This document shows positions 6,507 to 10,347 of a stretch of 10,347 bases of DNA, piece after piece. The stretch lies in IMG/VR virus record IMGVR_UViG_2698536570_000008. One strand, 5' to 3'. The DNA comes from a virus (lineage: Duplodnaviria > Heunggongvirae > Uroviricota > Caudoviricetes). The notes beneath the pieces were generated by a model. It was given only the letters and a program-made list of their open reading frames with translations, did not search any database and was not told the origin of the DNA. Each line of letters starts with the position of its first letter. Position 1 is the first letter of the stretch. The translations under genes were made by a program, and so were the position numbers.

Positions 6507-6601
6507 GCACTGTGTATTCATTCCAACGAGTGAATACACGGAGCAATGTCGCTCGTAACTAAACAGGAGCCGACTTGTTCTGATTATTGGAAATCTTCTT
6601 T

Positions 6602-6627
6602 GCCCTCCAGTGTGAGGGCTTTTTTAT
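6602..6627 (+). terminator. Rho-independent terminator (tL-like) between the low-GC island and the cIII-like gene
   Basis: gccctc (6602-6607) / cagtgt loop / gagggc (6614-6619) followed by TTTTTTAT. Confidence 0.7.
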
Positions 6628-6691
6628 ATGCATACCAATAACGCTTCACTCGAGGCGTTTTCGTTATGCAATCAAATATAAGGAGTTACCC

Positions 6692-6826
6692 ATGATGCAC
6701 TTTCAGCTCGCGGGTAGCGGCGTCATGTCCGCTTTCTACCCGCACGAATCTGAATTATCACGCCGAGTTAAACAATTAATCAGAGCAGCAAAGAAACAAC
6801 TGGAGGCGTTATGCGCAATGAAATAG
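6692..6826 (+). CDS. cIII: cIII-like small protein (44 aa, MMHFQLAGSGVMSAFYPHESELSRRVKQLIRAAKKQLEALCAMK)
   Basis: Strong SD TAAGGAG 6 nt before ATG 6692; small size and position immediately upstream of the Kil-like gene as in lambda/P22 pL operons; the amphipathic central helix is reminiscent of CIII. Family assignment is from gene order plus weak similarity only. Confidence 0.45.
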   Translation: MMHFQLAGSGVMSAFYPHESELSRRVKQLIRAAKKQLEALCAMK

Positions 6827-6963
6827 CCATTAATCACCAGATGCTTCGTGCTGCACAGAACAAAGCAGTAATAGCCAGATTTATTGGTGATTCCAAAATG
6901 TGGCTTGAAGCAAATAAAGCGATGAAATCAGCTATCAACCTTCCGTGGTATCGCAGGAAATGA
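6811..6963 (+). CDS. kil: Kil-like host division inhibitor (50 aa, MRNEIAINHQMLRAAQNKAVIARFIGDSKMWLEANKAMKSAINLPWYRRK)
   Basis: ATG 6811 with GGAGG SD; overlaps the cIII-like 3' end; motif IA-FIGD-KM--EA resembles lambda Kil (IATFIGDEKMFREA, from memory). Under 60 aa so not in the ORF track. Confidence 0.5.
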   Translation: MRNEIAINHQMLRAAQNKAVIARFIGDSKMWLEANKAMKSAINLPWYRRK

Positions 6964-7130
6964 GTTTTACAGATAACTGGTCAGACGAAGAATTCATTCG
7001 TCAGATGAAAGAATTAATCGGTAACGAAGGAGATATTCATGTCACTTGCAACCACAGTGAAGGAGAGCAAGTTACAGAGACGCATGTACACGCAGCAGGC
7101 GTTAATGTATCGCCAGAAGGGAGATCGTGA
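6960..7130 (+). CDS. Hypothetical small acidic protein (56 aa), in the position of P22 arf
   Basis: ORF track 6945..7130; ATG 6960 overlaps the Kil-like stop (ATGA); lies between kil-like and erf. Function not supported by motifs. Confidence 0.35.
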   Translation: MSFTDNWSDEEFIRQMKELIGNEGDIHVTCNHSEGEQVTETHVHAAGVNVSPEGRS

Positions 7131-7219
7131 AGGTGTTCGCGTATTTTTGAATGCGGCAAAGACTGAAGTATTAAATCAGCGTTATTTCCTTGGGCCATGT
7201 CCATTCTGAGAACAATCAT

Positions 7220-7825
7220 ATGAGCAAAGAATTTTACGCAAGACTGGCAGCTATTCAGGAGAATCTGAACGCGCCAAAGAATCAGTACAACTCATTCGGC
7301 AAATATAAATACAGAAGCTGCGAAGACATTCTTGAAGGCGTTAAGCCGTTACTGAATGGCCTGTTTTTATCAATCAGCGATGAAGTTGTGTTGATTGGTG
7401 ATCGGTATTACGTGAAAGCAACGGCAACTATTACTGATGGCGAAAACAGTCATACAGCAACCGCTCTTGCACGAGAGGAAGAAAGCAAGAAAGGAATGGA
7501 TTCTGCACAAGTTACGGGAGCTACAAGCTCTTATGCACGCAAGTATTGCCTCAATGGTTTGTTCGGTATTGATGATGCGAAAGATGCAGATACAGACGAG
7601 CATAAACATCAGCAGAACGCAGCAGCAAAGCAATCAAAACCATCACCTACACCTGAACAGGTTCTAAAATCATTCACTGACGCAGCAATGCAGAAAAACA
7701 CCGTGGAAGAGCTTAAACAGGCGTTCGCCAAAGCGTGGAAGATGCTCGAAGGCACACCGGAGCAGCGCAAAGCGCAGGACGTTTACAACATCAGACGAGA
7801 CGAATTAGAAGGAGCGGCTGCTTAA
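7220..7825 (+). CDS. erf: Erf-family single-strand annealing recombination protein (P22 Erf-like)
   Basis: MSKEFYARLAAIQENLNAPKNQYNSFGKYKYRSCEDILEGVKPLL...GDRYYVKATATITDGENSH...GATSSYARKYCLNGLFGIDD strongly recalls P22 Erf; ORF track 7190..7825 with internal ATG 7220 as the likely start. Confidence 0.9.
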   Translation: MSKEFYARLAAIQENLNAPKNQYNSFGKYKYRSCEDILEGVKPLLNGLFLSISDEVVLIGDRYYVKATATITDGENSHTATALAREEESKKGMDSAQVTGATSSYARKYCLNGLFGIDDAKDADTDEHKHQQNAAAKQSKPSPTPEQVLKSFTDAAMQKNTVEELKQAFAKAWKMLEGTPEQRKAQDVYNIRRDELEGAAA

Positions 7826-8208
7826 TGGCACATTCGATTACTGTAAGACTAAACAAGCCCGCAAGAGAGTTTCAGGCCGGGGAAAATATCGGATTCAACA
7901 TCCGTGCTGGCGTTCAGTATTACGATCGCCAGACAAAAAAGAAAGAATGGACAAACTACAGCGCCGTTGTATTTGCCAAGCCGGGAGCGCAAGCGGATTA
8001 CTACCGTAGCGTTCTGGTTGAAGGAGGCATTGTGGAAATTACCGGAGAAAACATCAGGGTTGATGTTTATCAGGGGCAAAATGGTCAATCAATCACTCTT
8101 GAATTACTGAATGCAAAGATTGGATTTGCAACTTCAGGAAACAGCCAACAGCAGCAAAGTAGCAATCATCAAAATCATCCTGAATACGACGATTCAATTC
8201 CCTTCTAA
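7825..8208 (+). CDS. ssb: Phage single-stranded DNA-binding protein (SSB-like OB fold with acidic C-terminal tail)
   Basis: 127 aa from ATG 7825 (TAATG overlap with erf stop); C-terminus ...PEYDDSIPF mirrors the bacterial SSB tail DDDIPF; Gln/Ser-rich linker before the tail; the longer ORF-track N-terminus is spurious. Confidence 0.7.
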   Translation: MAHSITVRLNKPAREFQAGENIGFNIRAGVQYYDRQTKKKEWTNYSAVVFAKPGAQADYYRSVLVEGGIVEITGENIRVDVYQGQNGQSITLELLNAKIGFATSGNSQQQQSSNHQNHPEYDDSIPF

Positions 8209-8231
8209 AGTAGCAAAATAAGGATTCCATT

Positions 8232-8525
8232 ATGCCAGCGCCTCTGTATGGTGCGGATGACGCGCGCCGCTGTTCCGGCAATTCCGTATCGGAGGTGCTG
8301 GATAAATTCAGAAAAAACTACGACCTGATAATGTCGCTACCGCAGGAAACGAAAGAGGAAAAGGAATTTCGCCATTGTATATGGCTTGCAGAGAAAGAAG
8401 AACGCGAGCGAATTTACCAGACATCAATCCGACCATTCCGCAAAGCCACATATACCCACTTCCCTGAAATTGACCCGCGCCTGCGTAATTACCGCTCACG
8501 CTATGGCGCTATCAGTAATGACTGA
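8232..8525 (+). CDS. abc2: Putative Abc2-like anti-RecBCD protein (97 aa)
   Basis: Size and position downstream of erf match P22 abc2; the sequence [10 protein letters not shown]...[43 protein letters not shown] resembles my recollection of Abc2. Not verified by search. Confidence 0.5.
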   Translation: MPAPLYGADDARRCSGNSVSEVLDKFRKNYDLIMSLPQETKEEKEFRHCIWLAEKEERERIYQTSIRPFRKATYTHFPEIDPRLRNYRSRYGAISND

Positions 8526-8535
8526 GGAATTTACC

Positions 8536-8703
8536 ATGAGAGGACTTGCATACAATCCCGGCATTCTTCCGGCAGAAATGATTATTCGCCAACGCGTAAA
8601 GCCAATGCCATCGAGAGAGGAATTGCTTAAGAGAAAGAGTTTCGGTTCTGTTAATGACAACAAATATCTGAATGCGATGTGGCGCAAAGGAGGCAACCAG
8701 TGA
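8536..8703 (+). CDS. Hypothetical small protein (55 aa, [34 protein letters not shown]...)
   Basis: Internal ATG 8536 of ORF track 8386..8703 with GAGGA SD; stop TGA 8701-8703 overlaps the next GTG start. Confidence 0.4.
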   Translation: MRGLAYNPGILPAEMIIRQRVKPMPSREELLKRKSFGSVNDNKYLNAMWRKGGNQ

Positions 8704-8972
8704 GTAATTCAGCACGACTACAGCTTGGTTTTTCACCGCTATCAAAAACTATCATGCTGGCAAAAATGCGCGATGTTGAAGGTGGACGTATGCGCGTTGG
8801 CAATGATCCAGGTCGTGATGTTACCAATGAGGCTGCTCAATTGGTGTGGCGACTGGTCATGGCTGAAGGTGGTGAGATCGCGTGGGAGCTGGATGATGGT
8901 TCTCGCATGGTGTTGAAGGCAGAAAAGCAGGAGGCAACCAGTGAGCAACATCGACAAACAGGCGCTGCGTGA
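8700..8972 (+). CDS. Hypothetical protein (about 90 aa; GTG start)
   Basis: ORF track 8679..8972; GTG 8700 preceded by a perfect AGGAGG SD (8688-8693) and overlapping the upstream stop (GTGA); ATG 8679 is an alternative start. Confidence 0.4.
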   Translation: MSNSARLQLGFSPLSKTIMLAKMRDVEGGRMRVGNDPGRDVTNEAAQLVWRLVMAEGGEIAWELDDGSRMVLKAEKQEATSEQHRQTGAA

Positions 8973-9330
8973 AATCGCAGCGGCAGCAGTTGGCGCACAT
9001 GAGCGCCTTAGTGTTATGCCGCCTGATGACATTTTCGATATCTCACTGGCAGAAGGAACTCAGCTTGATGCAGATATCACTGCCTTGAACGCGCTGAACT
9101 CCGCAGCAAACCCCGCCACCGTGCTGGCGCTGCTGGCATCGCTGGAAGCCGCAGAGAAGCGGATTGCCGAGCTGGAGGCGCGGCAGGTTGTACTGCCGCG
9201 TACGCAAGATGTTCACCCGTTAGGGCCACAGTCGGCGAAAATTTTTTGTGATTTTCACAGAAATATTATCAACAGATGCGCCGATGAGATTCGCAAAGTT
9301 GGCGTTAATGTCAGCATAAAGGGGGAGTAG
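8941..9330 (+). CDS. Hypothetical protein (129 aa; GTG start), Ala/Leu-rich central region
   Basis: ORF track 8941..9330; start context is the same 17-bp AGGAGGCAACCAGTGAG as at 8688-8704; overlaps the upstream gene by 32 nt. Confidence 0.5.
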   Translation: MSNIDKQALREIAAAAVGAHERLSVMPPDDIFDISLAEGTQLDADITALNALNSAANPATVLALLASLEAAEKRIAELEARQVVLPRTQDVHPLGPQSAKIFCDFHRNIINRCADEIRKVGVNVSIKGE

Positions 9331-9334
9331 GGAT

Positions 9335-9519
9335 ATGGCTGAATTTACGAAAGAGCGCATTATCGAAGAGATGAAAGCATCGACGCAGAACACCAGTGGT
9401 ATGTTTGAAATCAGCGAGGACACCATATGCGCGTTGATGTCCATGCTCTCCTACCCGCCAGCGCCGGTATCTGTGCCCGCTGCGATGGAAATTGATGATG
9501 ACTTTGACAGCGCGTTTGA
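9335..9519 (+). CDS. Hypothetical protein, 5' portion only (runs into the assembly gap)
   Basis: ATG 9335 five nt after the upstream stop, with a purine-rich upstream stretch; reading frame continues into the N run at 9520. Confidence 0.4.
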
Positions 9520-9569
9520 NNNNNNNNNNNNNNNNNNNNNNNNNNNNNNNNNNNNNNNNNNNNNNNNNN
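9520..9569. other. Assembly gap (50 N)
   Basis: Run of 50 unresolved bases; true length of missing sequence is unknown. Confidence 0.95.
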
Positions 9570-9857
9570 CTGGAGTGGGCTGCACAATTGGCAGAAGCCA
9601 ATCATCCGCAAACAGGTGACTGGTTGTACGACGACCCAATCGATCTTGCCAGGGCGATTCGCAAAGGTCCTGATATGCCTACTGTTCAGGCTGGCAACTC
9701 TCCGGTAACTCCGGATGGTTGGGTTATGGTGCCGAAGGAGCCAACTCAGGCCATGATTAAAGCGTGGCTATCAGAGATTGCTAACTTTCGCGGTCATGCT
9801 GCTGGTTACAGGGCTGCTATAGAAGCAGCACCACAACTGGAGGTTAACCGTGGCTAA
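9570..9857 (+). CDS. Hypothetical protein, 3' portion after the gap (possibly the same gene as 9335..9519)
   Basis: Open frame from the gap edge to TAA 9855-9857 (...GWVMVPKEPTQAMIKAWLSEIANFRGHAAGYRAAIEAAPQLEVNRG); frame relation across the gap cannot be determined. Confidence 0.4.
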   Translation: MEWAAQLAEANHPQTGDWLYDDPIDLARAIRKGPDMPTVQAGNSPVTPDGWVMVPKEPTQAMIKAWLSEIANFRGHAAGYRAAIEAAPQLEVNRG

Positions 9858-9887
9858 CCTGCAACTTGCCGTCAAAGGTGAATAACA

Positions 9888-9916
9888 ATCCTCGCACTCG
9901 CGGGGATTTCTTTTAT
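9888..9916 (+). terminator. Intrinsic terminator (first of a tandem pair)
   Basis: 8-bp stem aatcctcgc / gcggggatt (one G-U pair) with 4-nt loop, followed by TTCTTTTAT. Confidence 0.55.
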
Positions 9917-9919
9917 CTG

Positions 9920-9945
9920 AACTCGCTACGGCGAGTTTTGTTTTA
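9920..9945 (+). terminator. Intrinsic terminator (second of a tandem pair)
   Basis: aactcgc (9920-9926) / tacg / gcgagtt (9931-9937) followed by TTTTGTTTT. Confidence 0.65.
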
Positions 9946-9957
9946 TGGAGATGATAA

Positions 9958-10125
9958 ATGCACTTTCGAGTCACAGGTGAATGGAATGGAGAGCCATTCA
10001 ACAGGGTTATCGAAGCAGAGGACATCAACGACTGCTATAACCACTGGATGATATGGGCGCAGATAGCACATGCAGACATAACCAATATTCGAATTGAAGA
10101 ACTGAAAGAACACCAAGCCGCCTGA
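9958..10125 (+). CDS. Hypothetical small protein (55 aa, MHFRVTGEWNGEPFNRVIEAEDINDCYNHWMIWAQIAHADITNIRIEELKEHQAA)
   Basis: ATG 9958 with GGAG SD 6 nt upstream; stop TGA 10123-10125. Not the frame listed in the ORF track (9866..10051), which lacks an SD and spans the terminators. Confidence 0.4.
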   Translation: MHFRVTGEWNGEPFNRVIEAEDINDCYNHWMIWAQIAHADITNIRIEELKEHQAA

Positions 10126-10139
10126 TGGCGGTTTTTTCT
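10118..10139 (+). terminator. Possible weak intrinsic terminator overlapping the stop of the preceding small gene
   Basis: ccgcc (10118-10122) / tgat / ggcgg (10127-10131) followed by TTTTTT. Confidence 0.45.
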
Positions 10140-10155
10140 TGCCTGGAGAATTAAG

Positions 10156-10347
10156 ATGACCGATACCAGCCTGATTCCTGAGAAAGAAGTGATGAACAAG
10201 CTCGGTGTTTCATCACGACAGACAATCTGGAACTATACCAAACGGCACGGATTTCCGAAGCCAGTCAGAACCCACCCCAAATCATACCTTCGTGAAGCTG
10301 TTGAAGGGTGGATTCTTAACGGTGGCGTTAACCAGAAATGCTCCTGA
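10156..10347 (+). CDS. xis: AlpA/Xis-family DNA-binding protein (putative excisionase)
   Basis: 63 aa; LIPEKEVMNKLGVSSRQTIWNYTKRHGFPKPV...YLREAVEGWI fits the AlpA/excisionase winged-helix pattern; located at the distal end of the pL operon where xis-int lie in lambdoid phages; stop TGA coincides with the window end. Confidence 0.65.
   Translation: MTDTSLIPEKEVMNKLGVSSRQTIWNYTKRHGFPKPVRTHPKSYLREAVEGWILNGGVNQKCS

Noticed and set aside
6587-6691. N-terminal extension of the cIII-like ORF (track ORF 6587..6826)
   Set aside because: The extension spans the intrinsic terminator at 6602-6627 and has no SD; the internal ATG at 6692 has a strong TAAGGAG SD.
7735-7824. Long N-terminal extension of the SSB-like ORF (track start 7735)
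   Set aside because: Overlaps the 3' end of erf in another frame with an Arg-rich nonsense-like translation; the ATG at 7825 is coupled to the erf stop.
7037-8745. Assorted minus-strand ORFs (7037..7219, 7370..7633, 7849..8088, 8093..8281, 8308..8499, 8496..8696, 8512..8745) and plus ORFs 7437..7667, 7904..8110
   Set aside because: All antisense to or out of frame with the Erf/SSB/Abc2 module, which has convincing protein signatures; none has a credible start context.
9311-9639. Minus-strand ORFs 9311..9601, 9411..9611 and 9451..9639, and plus ORF 9492..9857 as a single protein across the gap
   Set aside because: These reading frames are only open because the 50-N run translates as X; continuity across an assembly gap is not evidence of a real ORF.
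9866-10051. 61-aa plus ORF 9866..10051
   Set aside because: Begins inside the tandem terminator hairpins without an SD; the alternative frame starting at 9958 has an SD and a cleaner product.
1-10347. CRISPR arrays, tRNA/rRNA genes, IS elements or integrase
   Set aside because: No spacer-repeat periodicity, no tRNA-like cloverleaf candidates, and no transposase or integrase-like ORF found; the only tandem repeats are the origin iterons. The integrase presumably lies just beyond the window end after the Xis-like gene.

Overview
This window is the early/immunity region of a mosaic lambdoid (lambda/P22-type) enterobacterial phage or prophage; the system I would prioritise is an unrecognised low-GC gene island in the pL operon at about 5170-6510. 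All calls rest on reading the sequence and recalling protein families; no database search was run. Centre: a divergent immunity switch with a cI-like repressor (3704..4345, +) opposite a Cro-like gene (3384..3599, -), with operator/promoter arrays on both sides. Leftward on the minus strand: nutR, cII, a small ORF, an O-like replication initiator carrying origin iterons, a DnaB-type helicase, an intrinsic terminator and two small nin-region-like ORFs. Rightward on the plus strand: terminator, OL/pL, nutL, a lambda-like N, the low-GC island of three to four unknown ORFs, a terminator, cIII-like and Kil-like genes, Erf, an SSB-like gene, a putative Abc2, several small unknown ORFs, a 50-N assembly gap (9520-9569) splitting an ORF, tandem terminators, and an AlpA/Xis-like gene at the window end. 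No rRNA, tRNA, CRISPR array or transposase was seen.
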